A stretch of DNA of 63,946 nt, the filler included, from Lenisia limosa (Eukaryota > Protista > Breviatea), in the NCBI GenBank assembly GCA_001655205.1. It is 7 parts of 7 records of this genome, joined end to end, with 100 filler letters (N's around TTAATTAATTAA, not from the genome) between each part and the next. Parts side by side here need not be neighbours in the genome. Positions count along the whole stretch, not along the records: positions 10,734 to 19,274 come from LPNZ01008271.1; positions 19,375 to 34,789 come from LPNZ01008855.1; 5 more parts are not named here. One strand, given 5' to 3'. The notes below the pieces were generated by a model. That model saw only the letters and a list, made by a program, of their open reading frames with translations, did no database searches and was not told the DNA's origin. The translations under genes and the position numbers were made by a program. Shown in pieces: positions 11,839-23,400 of the stretch. Within the stretch, counting starts at the first letter, position 1; each line of letters starts with the position of its first letter.

Positions 11839-11956
11839 GGCTACGGTCATACTCTGGGGGTCATCGCGCATCCCGTCCGCTCTGCGAACGCAAGCCCCAG
11901 CAGGCCTTGGTAGTACTGACGTCGGAGACGAGTCGGGAAGGCAGGGTACTGTAGTT
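11839..11956 (+). rRNA. 5S rRNA: 5S ribosomal RNA gene
   Basis: 118 nt, GGCTACGGTCATAC...CATCCCGTCCGCTCTGCGAA...GGTAGTACT...GGAGACG...GGGAA...GTACTGTAGTT. The terminal helix pairs (GGCTACGGT/ACTGTAGTT), helix II pairs (CTGGGG/CCCCAG), and a T-run follows. Confidence 0.92.
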
Positions 11957-11964
11957 TTTTTTTT
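11955..11964 (+). terminator. Pol III oligo-T terminator of the 5S gene
   Basis: Run of 10 T starting at the 5S 3' end. Confidence 0.8.
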
Positions 11965-12987
11965 CTTTTTTTTCTTTTTTCTTGTTTCTCTTTTTCTTGT
12001 TTTCTTTACAGTTCAGTTCTTTGCCACCGCCACAATCTGCCGCCTGCATCCAAAAGAGTCCGAGCCAATCACCCGCATCGACAGAGGGTGGGAGGAGGGT
12101 ATATCACCGGTGGTTCCGTATTATATTTGCACAGAGTTGTAAGGCAAATGATTGATATTATACTATAATACTCTTGGTGTGGACAGCTTCGGCCAGATAC
12201 TACTACCTTGTTTTTTTATATCATATTTGCCTGATAATTTTAATCGGCAATTTTATGCCATTAATTGATAGAAGGATTGATGTTATTTATCGATGAAAGG
12301 GGCAGTTGCTTGCTATATGTCTACCAGTTTTCACGCCCTTTAGGTCCTTTGATGTGGAGGACAGCGTCGTTGTTTCTGAAGGTACGGGGCTAAAGATTTT
12401 TTATAGATTATTTGATTNNNNNNNNNNNNNNNNNNNNNNNNNNNNNNNNNNNNNNNNNNNNNNNNNNNNNNNNNNNNNNNNNNNNNNNNNNNNNNNNNNN
12501 NNNNNNNNNNNNNNNNNNNNNNNNNNNNNNNNNNNNNNNNNNNNNNNNNNNNNNNNNNNNCCCATTTCTCACGCATTTTAGTACCGCGAAAACAAGAGCA
12601 AATCTCCGTTACAACTCTTCCATCTTTGCCTGGTTAGGGGAGGGTAAAAGCAGTAGGTGTAAGGAATATTGTGATAATAATTGCTATTCCTATTACAGAA
12701 AGCTGTGTATGCACATATAGTTGTAAGGCAAAAATGATTGGTTGAATTATTATACTATAATCCAAAATCTCTTATAAGCGTGATGATGTGGGCGGCTTCN
12801 NNNNNNNNNNNNNNNNNNNNNNNNNNNNNNNNNNNNNNNNNNNNNNNNNNNNNNNNNNNNNNNNNNNNNNNNNNNNNNNNNNNNNNNNNNNNNNNNNNNN
12901 NNNNNNNNNNNNNNNNNNNNNNNNNNNNNNNTCAGGAGACAAAACACAAAGTTGGAAATTTCTTCAGCTTGATAGCCATTTACATAA

Positions 12988-13090
12988 AGGGCTTTGTTTG
13001 TTCTGTTGTTATCAATCCTTGTGTGTTGTCAGCCAACAAAGTTCATTTGAGCTTTTTTGTTTCATAAATTTTCCAATTTTACTCCCCCAG
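12988..13090 (+). repeat. Family B repeat ending at a probable intron acceptor
   Basis: ...CAGCCAACAAAGTTCATTTGAGCTTTTTTGTTTCATAAATTTTCCAATTTTACTCCCCCAG| followed by an open stretch ending at a GT donor (~13178). The host gene is unidentified. Confidence 0.7.
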
Positions 13091-14463
13091 GCTGCACCTT
13101 ATGCCGCCATCGAGGGCGTGTGGACATATTCCTGGTCAGAGAAACAACCAACATTTCGCGAGACCTTGGAATGCGAGGGTTTAGGTAGGGGGGGGGGGGN
13201 NNNNNNNNNNNNNNNNNNNNNNNNNNNNNNNNNNNNNNNNNNNNNNNNNNNNNNNNNNNNNNNNNNNNNNNNNNNNNNNNNNNNNNNNNNNNNNNNNNNN
13301 NNNNNNNNNNNNNNNNNNNNNNNNNNNNTGGTTCACAACACGATGGTTGATAAACAAAACGGAGAACACATTTTATTTCTCATTCACATCCATTAACCCT
13401 CCCCTCGTTTAGCGGTTGCTCTTTGGTATTGCTTGTTTTTGTTTTTTTATTTTTTTGGAGTTTCAGATTATTCGATTCGTGATTAGTTCCTTTACCCCAA
13501 TATTCTTCATTAAATGTTCTTCGTTTTACTGTTTCATACNNNNNNNNNNGTCGAGCCCGAGTCCTGGGCGGCATGGCTGTTGTCAACGCCAACTACACTC
13601 GATGTGATATTACGCCTTATTCTGACCAGGTATGTTAGTGGTAGTGGTGGTGCTGGCCTCCGACCACTAATCATGTATAACAAACCCGGTTAGTGGTAGT
13701 GGTGGCATGGGGTATAACCGGGTTTATTGTTTCATATATTGATGGCGCATCTGGTGTTGTTGGCGTTGACAATGCTATTTGCTTTTTCTGTCTCAAAATA
13801 CTCTGGGCAACAACGTCATGTCACCCCCCCCCCCAGGCCTACGCTCTCNNNNNNNNNNNNNNNNNNNNNNNNNNNNNNNNNNNNNNNNNNNNNNNNNNNN
13901 NNNNNNNNNNNNAATTTAGGCAAGTTGTACTCCTGCGTTTGGTGTATTTAGGGTTCAAAGAAAGAACCCTTATGTTCTATGTTTTTGTTGTGAATTTTAG
14001 TATATATGCACGTTCTTCTATGGTATAACAAGGCTTTCTCAAATGCAAATGGGACAAATAATGAGTCAATTTACTCAAAAATCATTCGCATATCATGATA
14101 AATCCATCAAAGACAATAGGAATTAGGGAGTAGTTCCTCCTAAAGTGTTAAGAATTCTGAGAAAGTTAATTCATATGTATTATTATTAGGGCTATGTTTC
14201 TTTGTTTCCCTAGATTATATACTGAATATTATTCCTGCTCTCAAAGTCACGTTTAATGCCAGTCAACCGCCAGACCTCTATGATCCTAGTTTCAAAGGAG
14301 ACTTTACTGCGGGGTCATTCCTACCTTTCAGATTTCTTGGAGTAGCAAAACAGGGACTTCATTGTTTCTTATTGATGGCTTCTGTAGATGTAAATTGAAG
14401 TGGATTGCTACTTATAATTATATATCATATATTATAGAGCAATGGGAAATAAAAAAACAAGGT

Positions 14464-14563
14464 TGTATCTGACCGAAGCCGTCCACACCATCACGCTAAT
14501 AAGAGATATTAAATTATAGTATATCATATTAATTCACCAATCATTTGCCTAAAACTCTGTACA
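14464..14563. repeat. Family D dispersed ~100-bp repeat (best copy)
   Basis: GACCGAAGCCGTCCACACCATCACGCT...AATTCACCAATCATTTGCC..AACTCTGT. Related copies at ~100-170, 1443-1545, 3835-3897, 7452-7490, 12130-12200, 12712-12800, 27595-27625 and 63635-63660, in both orientations. Confidence 0.75.
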
Positions 14564-14610
14564 GGAAGCCATAAGCACCATGTGGTATGAAAAGGTTTTT
14601 ATGATACCTA

Positions 14611-14722
14611 GGGTTTCACTTCGGTTCAAAATAAGACTCGATAAATCCTCGAAAACTATCGATATTTTACCGATCTTTTTCGAACCGAAGTTTCAGTCCT
14701 TTTTTGGGACCGTGGGAATCCC
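14611..14722. mobile_element. Family A MITE
   Basis: TA|GGGTTTCACTTCGGTTC ... GGGACCGTGGGAATCCC|TA, 112 bp. Confidence 0.7.
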
Positions 14723-15035
14723 TAGTTCTACCCCCCCCCCCCNNNNNNNNNNNNNNNNNNNNNNNNNNNNNNNNNNNNNNNNNNNNNNNNNNNNNNNNNN
14801 NNNNNNNNNNNNNNNNNNNNNNNNNNNNNNNNNNNNNNNNNNNNTATTGCCACAAAAACCTGGGAGGGGGTCAAAAAAATATGAGGGAAAAGGCTACAAC
14901 CACAAATTGAATCCACAAAGATAAGCTCCTTTTGGTTGGTAATGATTCAATTTCCTCTCCTTATAGCCTCCCACAGTGCACAATAACCTAATATGCCATC
15001 AACCCTAATATGTATAGTTCTACCGTCTACACCTA

Positions 15036-15147
15036 GGGCTTCACTTCGGTTCGAAAAAGACCGTTAAAATATCGATAGCTTCACTTCGGGTAAATCCTCG
15101 AAAACAATCGATATTTTAACGGTCTTTTTCGAACCGAAGTGAAGCCC
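15036..15147. mobile_element. Family A MITE with perfect 41-bp TIRs
   Basis: TA|GGGCTTCACTTCGGTTCGAAAAAGACCGTTAAAATATCGAT ... exact reverse complement |TA; 112 bp. Confidence 0.9.
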
Positions 15148-15902
15148 TATCTACCCCCCCCCCCCCCCNNNNNNNNNNNNNNNNNNNNNNNNNNNNNNNN
15201 NNNNNNNNNNNNNNNNNNNNNNNNNNNNNNNNNTTCCCTCTTGACCCCATTGTGCACCATTTGGGCCGCAATACTCGGAGGTAACGAGGACTCCTCCATT
15301 CTGTGAAGTGAGTGTGATAAAACCCATAAAATTAGGTATTTGTTTTAGATAAGAGAAGAGAATCAATCCTATTTAAATTGGAATAACTTAAAGATATTCG
15401 AGATATAAGCCATCAATTTGAAAAGATAACTAGGTTCGTCCAACAAAGTCATGGTTTGAAACAATTACAATTGAATCCACACTCACTTTGATTCCTTAAA
15501 ATCACGATATCACTTCAAAATAAACGGGCAAAGGTATGTTCTGAGTCCCTTCAAATGTCTCTCGTGTGTTACTCCCTGCTGAGCTGTTCAGTGGGGTAGG
15601 GAGCAAATGGTGGTGGATATGAGTGAGTTTTCACTTCTTTGTACTTTTGTTGATTTAACTATTTATCTGCTTTTTCGTCACTTTTTCGTCGCACTTTCGT
15701 CGTCTCAAAAGTTCAGACAAAGTTCAGAAGAGAGGGGTGAAGAGGTGGTGAAAAAAACGTGAAAAGAGGAAGCGTAATTTCGAAACTGTGACACACCCCT
15801 CCTTTTCACCTGAAAATAAAAATTGAAACAGCCTTCCTGCATCCCCTTGGGATTATCAATATTATCACCCCCTAATTTCACTCCCCTCCAATAACTCTGA
15901 AA

Positions 15903-17766
15903 ATGGCAAGAGAACGTGGGTTTTGGCATAATTATTCCGATACTTATGCGTTTAGGCTTTGAAACCCATGCTCTGAACGATCCTATGGATGAAGGTGACT
16001 TCCAGACCTTCCAACAGGCTCTTCAGGTATGGCGCCTTTTTTACTGTTCCGCCTTTTTTGCTGAATCTAATCCTTAGACCACTGATGTGGATGCTCCTAA
16101 CGAATATGGACAAACTGCTCTTCATATCGCTGCCAAGAAGGGCCTTATCAAATACGTCCAGTGTCTGATCAACAGTGGTGCCAACCTTGATGCCCAGGTA
16201 TAGTGTTGTTTTGATGAATATTTGTCTTACATTCAGGATGTCAACCAAGACACTCCCCTTCATGCTGCCACTGCTGCTGGAAAGCCCTACATTGTCCAGT
16301 CTCTTCTCCAAGTAAGTTATTACGTGTATCAGATGTTATTAACGCCATTTAGGCAGGAGCAAACCCCTTCCTCCTCAACAAGTTCGACCACTTTGGAGAG
16401 ATCAAGTTTGTGGATTACCATTCGTAAATGACACTATTTGCTCAATAATTGGGTGTTTTAATCAGAGAGAAAAACAAAATGAATGATGAATGACTGCAAG
16501 GAAGAGTGGAATAAAGAGATGGAGTTGCATCGATGACAATATCTAGAGCAAAAATTCACCTCCAAAGGGCCTACAACAGCTTCATCCAGCGTCAGAGCAG
16601 CTTCAGTGACAACTTTGCCCACTGTGTTGATCTCCACCGCGAGGCTTGCTCCTTCTACACCAAGAATGGTGTTTACGGTTTGGGGATTAAATTAGCTCTT
16701 TGGAAAGTGGTTATGCTAATATCAACGAAAACAAAGTCTTTTCAGGTCTAGTGAATATTGTGTTGTAGTTTGTCATTTTGCAGATCAGAGAATCGTTAAT
16801 AATGAATGGGGGGAGGGTAATGTAAATTTATGAAAGCAATCCCACAATCAAGGTTTCAAAATAACGCAACCCCAGGAATGCCCTCGCGCAAGAGCCGTCT
16901 TAACCTGAACTCCACCCCCTTCCAATCCCCTGCGGCGTCTCCTGCAGCCTCCCCTGTCCCTAAGAAGAACTCCCCCAAGAATTCTTACACCATCACTCCC
17001 AAGCCAGCCAAGACTGTTGTGGGGGGGGGGGNNNNNNNNNNNNNNNNNNNNNNNNNNNNNNNNNNNNNNNNNNNNNNNNNNNNNNNNNNNNNNNNNNNNN
17101 NNNNNNNNNNNNNNNNNNNNNATGGGAAGTTAATTGAATTCTCTCTTTACACCTTGAGTGTTGTGAGTAAACATCTTGGTTGAATGCTATCTTTTGTTTT
17201 GTTTCCCCGTTCTGTTTTAGAAGTTATCAGAAAATTGTACCCCTCGTTCCACATCACATGCCTTGTACATTTTTCCATGAGTATTGATATTGTGATCCAG
17301 CATTGTCGATTTTGAAAAAGATAGAGTGAACAAAAGTAATCCACATAGTCTGCAGTCGCGCCGGCTGCTGAGGAGCAGTCTGAGACTGCCAAACTGGCTC
17401 AGGTCTCCAATCTGGACCAGGACATGGCTCGGATGATGTTGGAGTCACTTTGCCTTCGTGTTGAGTCTATCCAACAGGAGAGCTTTGAGAAAGATGAGGA
17501 GGTGGGGGGGGGGCAGCACAAAATTCGCCTTCATTTTACTCCTTGTATTTAATCGAGTATTGCTTAATCATACAATTATTATTATTGTATCTAACTCAAG
17601 AGAAGTATTTTTTTTGTTTTGCTTTTTGTTCCCAATGAACTAATCATATTTTTTGTTTTCGTTTACGGATCAGATCGCCCGCCTGAAGGAGGTAATCCAC
17701 AACCTCAACAAGCAAATCAACCAGAACATCATGGACTTTGCTCGCGGCGCTATCAATTCCCAATAA
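15903..17766 (+). CDS. Ankyrin-repeat protein with a Ser/Pro-rich linker and C-terminal coiled coil
   Basis: Spliced: MARE..FETHALND...DVDAPNEYGQTALHIAAKKGLIKYVQCLINSGANLDAQ|DVNQDTPLHAATAAGKPYIVQSLLQ|AGANPFLLN ... IARLKEVIHNLNKQINQNIMDFARGAINSQ*. Confidence 0.85.
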
Positions 17767-19274
17767 TCAGGTTCGGCCGGTTTATTTCTATTATTTTTAT
17801 TGCGTGCGTTGCTTTAACCAAATCTCTCGGTTTAGCGTCTCATTTCGTAGATTTATCCCCCTCGCAACCTCGCCGGATGCGAATCCCCCTCCCCCCTCCC
17901 CCATCCCTANNNNNNNNNNNNNNNNNNNNNNNNNNNNNNNNNNNNNNNNNNNNNNNNNNNNNNNNNNNTATAATTGATGCATTTTTGAAGCATCAAGGAA
18001 AATCTTGTTTTACAGACGATTGGCAGTTTTTTTTTGTTTATAAAGGTTAATATTGGGATGTTGGCAGGATGATGGGATAAGATGAAAATAAATAGTACCG
18101 GCACAGCCACCCATGGATACATTGATACATACAGAAGAGATTGGGTGAAAGTAAAAACCGGGCCGGAGAACTGGACTGGTTCTGAAAATTCGTAAATTTT
18201 TAATGAACCAGGATATCTTTTTCAGTATTTTGAAGCTTTCATCATTCTTATATAATTGCTTGTTTGCTTGTATATATTTTTGGGAAAAGAAAAGCAGTGA
18301 TCAGCATTGGAGCGAGTAAAAAAGTCGAGAAAAGAAAAAGTTGAATTACGTGAACGACAGATTTCCGTCATTGTCGTCTCCCTTGGTTTTTTGACTCAGT
18401 TTCGACACCGATATGCACAAATAAGCATCGGTAAGCACTGGGATAACACATATATTGCCTTCTTTCGAGGTCGTTCCACACCTTCTCTTCCTCTTTCTCT
18501 CGCAAAACACGTCTTTTTCTTGAAAACAATTGCCCTGAAAGAGGCGTCTCGTTTTGGGTTTTACATTTCTTTTTCAGCCAATCCTCGTCTTGATCTCCCC
18601 AAACGTCATAAACCTCACGCAGTATCCTAATCTCATGAGTTCCAAGTTCCTTATATTTCTATCAAGAGGATATAAAGCCCATTTTGTCAAAACTTTGCCT
18701 TCGGCCAGGCTATTTTCTCCGTTTTCCCAAATATCGGACCGGGGTTGTTGTCCTTCCTTATTGTCCTTCCTTCAGGCAAGCCCAGCAGGAGTAGCCAAGG
18801 GGTGAGGAATAATGTGCTTGCCGATATAAATGGCCTTTTAGTTTTAGTGCGATCTTACTGGAAAAATAAAAGAGGATTTTGAGTTTGCCAATTTTCTTTT
18901 CCGTGCGGATATGATATTTTGGATGCGGTGGAGAAATGGACTGGTCTGCCTGTTCTGCCTTGATTACAAACTCTTGCTAGTGTCCCAAGTGCTTAGCCAA
19001 TAGAGATGTTTTGGATTTTGGTTTTTTTCGTTTAAAATTTTTAAATTCTCTCTTATCTTTATTCTCTGTCCTCAAGTGCGGGGTCATTGACGGGTTATCC
19101 TATTTTGGTTTTTTTTTTAAAAAAATTATTGTCCTATTTTGTTTGTTTTTTTTTTAAAAAAATATTATTATATTGCCTATTTACCACTTCTGTGTTCTTG
19201 ATTAAATACTTGTTTGATAATTCGGCTTGTTATATATTTGTTCGCCGATCGCATTTCCTTCTCACACCCCCTCC

Positions 19275-19374
19275 NNNNNNNNNNNNNNNNNNNNNNNNNN
19301 NNNNNNNNNNNNNNNNNNTTAATTAATTAANNNNNNNNNNNNNNNNNNNNNNNNNNNNNNNNNNNNNNNNNNNN
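19275..19374. other. Artificial scaffold linker
   Basis: 44 N + TTAATTAATTAA + 44 N. Confidence 0.95.
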
Positions 19375-19541
19375 GGAAATGCACAAAGCTCGGCGCAAGG
19401 CTGCAAAGTTGGTTAGTTGGTTACAAGGTTGCAGCGTTGCTTGCAGCCACATTGTGCAAGGAGCAAACAAAAGGGTCTTCCGAGAAATTTCGAGTTTTTT
19501 TTCTCGAATATTTAAGTCCCCAAAATACAATTTTCTTCATC

Positions 19542-20318
19542 ATGTCATCTAAAGTCGTTATGGAATCTGTTAAGTCACTCCTCGCCAGCGCCACCTCCGC
19601 CAAGAAGGCTATGATCGTTTGAGGCGGTTTTTGTTTTTGTGAAAGTAGTTGTTACTCCCCGAACTACTTTTGTTCCACATTACAATGGCTATACATAATT
19701 TTATGACTTGATATTGCAAGCTCCTTCAATTTCATAGCTTTCAAATTTCTGTTTTCTTACTCTTGCAGTTCTCCAAGAGCTACTGCCCCGTAAGTGGAGT
19801 TCTACTACATTTAAAAAATTGTAAAAGATGGCAGCTTTCGCTAACTTGCCATTTTTGCTTTGTCCTATTCTATTCTCTGACTTTTGTTTTTTTCTTTAGT
19901 TCTGCGACCGTGTTAAACAACTCTTCAAAACCGAAGGCATTGCCTTTAATGCTGTTGAGCTCGACAAAGAATCTAACGTGGGGTTTTGGAGCTTGCTAAT
20001 CAATTCGCTATTACTAATCATCATTTCCTTCTCTTACCCATTAGGGAGCCGACATGCAAGCCGCCCTCAAGGTTATGTCCGGCCAACGCACCGTACCCAA
20101 CATCTACATTGGGGACACCCACATTGTAGGCATGGGGATTGGCTTGTGTACTGCAATTCTCCTCTTGCGTTTTACGTGTGTCTATTATGTTTGCCTCATT
20201 CAAATCGCCTCTGTTCTTGCTAGTTAGGGGGCTGATTTCCTGATTGACCGAACAGGGTGGTTGCGACGATGCCTTTGCCAAGAAGGCCTCCTTCAAGGAC
20301 CTTATGGCTAAGCTTTAA
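19542..20318 (+). CDS. GRX: Dithiol glutaredoxin (CPFC), 5 exons
   Basis: MSSKVVMESVKSLLASATSAKKAMI|FSKSYCP|FCDRVKQLFKTEGIAFNAVELDKESN|GADMQAALKVMSGQRTVPNIYIGDTHI|GGCDDAFAKKASFKDLMAKL*. It has the CPFC, TVP and GGCDD motifs. Confidence 0.95.
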
Positions 20319-20451
20319 ATTTTTATCTTGTTTCTAATGTAGTTTCCCCTTTTTCCATCCTGTGACACAGAACATAGCCGAAAGTTATGTTATTTGAAGC
20401 CTTATGAATGGTGGATCATATAAAAATACATTTTTTGGACTTGTCCAGGAC

Positions 20452-23400
20452 TTAGAGGCCGAAATCATCCTTGGGAGTTCCGCAGCCGGAGAGCTTGAAC
20501 TTCTCAACAAGAACCGCGAGGGCCTCAGGCTCAACAAAGGCAGGGAGGTCTGGGGGGGGGGGGNNNNNNNNNNNNNNNNNNNNNNNNNNNNNNNNNNNNN
20601 NNNNNNNNNNNNNNNNNNNNNNNNNNNNNNNNNNNNNNNNNNNNNNNNNNNNNNNNNNNNNNNNNNNNNNNNNNNNNNNNNNNNNNNNNNNNNNNNNNNN
20701 NNNNNNNNNNNNNNNNNNNNNNNNNNNNNNNNNNNNNNNNNNNNNNNNNNNNNNNNNNNNNNNNNNTCGATCACCCAAACGTACCTGTAAGGCGTTAAAA
20801 AAGTAAGGGAAATGTGAAAAAATCCGACTTATTAACGGTCACAACCCAATCATAACGCTTAGAGCCGTCCCAAGCATACGACCCCCGAGGGGATCAAAGC
20901 TGGATGGACAGAGCGTGGACAGACCAGACTGTAGAGAAGAACCTCCACAGACAATATGGTGTCAAGCAAACTGTGACTATTCTAAACCATACTGATACTG
21001 AGCAAAAAAGTTGTAATGATACAAAAAAAAAGGGGGGGGGGGTTGGCTGGGCAAAACACAAAGCANNNNNNNNNNNNNNNNNNNNNNNNNNNNNNNNNNN
21101 NNNNNNNNNNNNNNNNNNNNNNNNNNNNNNNNNNNNNNNNNNNNNNNNNNNNNNNNNNNNNNNNNNNNNNNNNNNNNNNNNNNNNNNNNNNNTGAGGAGA
21201 ACAGCAACAGCCTTCTGCTCAAACCTGAGGAATGAAAAGTAGTTAATAATAAGGGAGAAGTGGGAGTAATAACGGAGAAGTGGGAGTAATAAGGGACAAG
21301 TGGAATATTATACGGTATGTTGAAAATGAAAATGAGTATAAATGATATTAATTAGGAAACAAAAACGGTATAATAACACTCATCCGGCCAAACTCTGGGT
21401 ACATACAGCCCCCAAAAGTGGCATACCAAGAAATAGCGTAGTTGATAGGCAAGTCGTTGAGAGGCGTATCAAGAGCCTCGGAGAGGGCGGAAGCAATCTT
21501 GATGGCGCCGATAGCATCATTGCATTGGCCAACCTGGAAAAGTGAGCAGCAAAGAAGAAAACGACATGAAAAATAACCTGGAACTCACGTCAAGGAGTCG
21601 AGGAATGCCTGCATCGGTAGTGCCCCAGTCGAAGTCGTTGATACGGAACTGTGCTGGTCAAAGAGGGCAAGAGGTCTGTACTCAAGGGACACACAACACC
21701 AATGCCATGCTCCATATTTGTCAACTTGAAGGGCGAAGCTCACCTTGCCACATCCGAGGGTGAGACACACATTGTCCTTGGGGAGAGAGCGGGCGAGGTC
21801 GTTGAAGTAGTTGCGGCCCACACCGGCACCGTCACAACCGCCGATCACCCAGAATTGCTTGATATCACCAGTCTTGATAGAGTTGATCACCTGGGGGGGG
21901 GGGGGGNNNNNNNNNNNNNNNNNNNNNNNNNNNNNNNNNNNNNNNNNNNNNNNNNNNNNNNNNNNNNNNNNNNNNNNNNNNNNNNNNNNNNNNNNNNNNN
22001 NNNNNNNNNNNNNNNNNNNNNNNNNNNNNNNNNNNNNNNNNNNNNNNNNNNNNNNNNNNNNNNNNNNNNNNNNNNNNNNNNNNNNNNNNNNNNNNGGTCT
22101 TGTGGCCGAATCCGACGGTGTGACCGAGACGCTTGACCTGGGTGTCTTCCTTGGTGAAGCCTGATGAGGCCCTATGCCCGTAAGCTGACGGAAGCTTCAA
22201 ATGGATATTCATAAATTTTCGAGTGACAAGAACCAAATGAACTTCTTGGCCAACAAGGGCGCTCAAAATACGAAGCAAAGGAGAATAGCGAAGAGTACAT
22301 GCTTTCATTATTCCATTCCATCGCAGTCCCGCCCACTTGGCGGATTCAATGAGGGCGTCGAAGTTTTCTCCGTCACCAAGATGCTTGACACCGGGCCATC
22401 CGACCTCGTGAAGAGTGAAGATGCGGTCCTGATATGTGAGCAGTGCATTCTTCATTATTTTGCTTAATGTTTAAGAAGATTACCTCATAGGAGGGACGGG
22501 GCTTGATGAGACAGTTGCTAGTCAGAACAACAGCTCCGGGGAACTCAGCAAAATCGGTACGCTGCTTCTGCCAGGCGGAGCCCCAATGTCCCTGCAGCGT
22601 GACACAAACAAAGCCACCATTAACGCGAGGGATTAACGTACCTTGAGGTGTTCGTACTTCTTCAGTTCAGGGTAGGAGTGCGCGGGGAGCATCTCACCGC
22701 TGGGAAGGGTGGAGTCAAAAAGAAAACGAAAATCAATTCCATTGAGAGGGGGGTAGGAATTTAGTATTTATCAGTTCAAGTGAGAATCGAAATAGTTTTT
22801 AACCAAAAATCACAACCCATGTTCCCAGGATGACACAATGCCAAATCCATGAAACAGTCAAGTTCCAAGACGCATACTGGGTGTAGACGTTAACGTCCTT
22901 GTCCTTAGTGGCCTCGAGAATGGCCTAAAATATTAGGGTGATGAGAGTATGACACAGAAGAGCAAGGCAAGCGGGAAAATGCCCAACCTTGAGGTCAACC
23001 ATGTCGTGGCCGGAGACGAGGATGCACTTGCCGGGAGCGGGTACAGTGGAGACCGGGGTGGGCTCGGGGGTGCCAAGAACCTGAACTAGTCAAAATAGAA
23101 CAGTCGCCTGGAATATAGACATGTGGCACGTGAAAAAGAAGAGTATCCGAGACGTACCTTATCGTGGGCGTCGGAGAGCATTTCCATGACGTGGAGGTTG
23201 CATTCGCCAACCTGCTCACTTAGACTCAGACTGGCAAAAGTGTTCGAACTCACTCCCAACAAAAATTCGCCCCCAACCACCCACCTTGAGAGCCTGGCCA
23301 AGAACGGCGTTGAGGTCTTCGGCAGCAGGGGCTGGGAATGTCAAAACAGAGCGGACCACTATGGAATTGTCCACTTCTACGACTCTATTTCTGAACTGCA

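Noticed and set aside
12339-13820. Specific identity for scattered plus-strand exon-like segments, including the signal-peptide-like MAHLVLLALTMLFAFSVS
   Set aside because: They are probably coding, but gaps and multiple open frames prevent a supportable gene model.
18330-18665. ATG-less open minus-strand frame (KYKELGTHEIRILREVYDVW...)
   Set aside because: It has no recognisable motif and no secure flanking exons.
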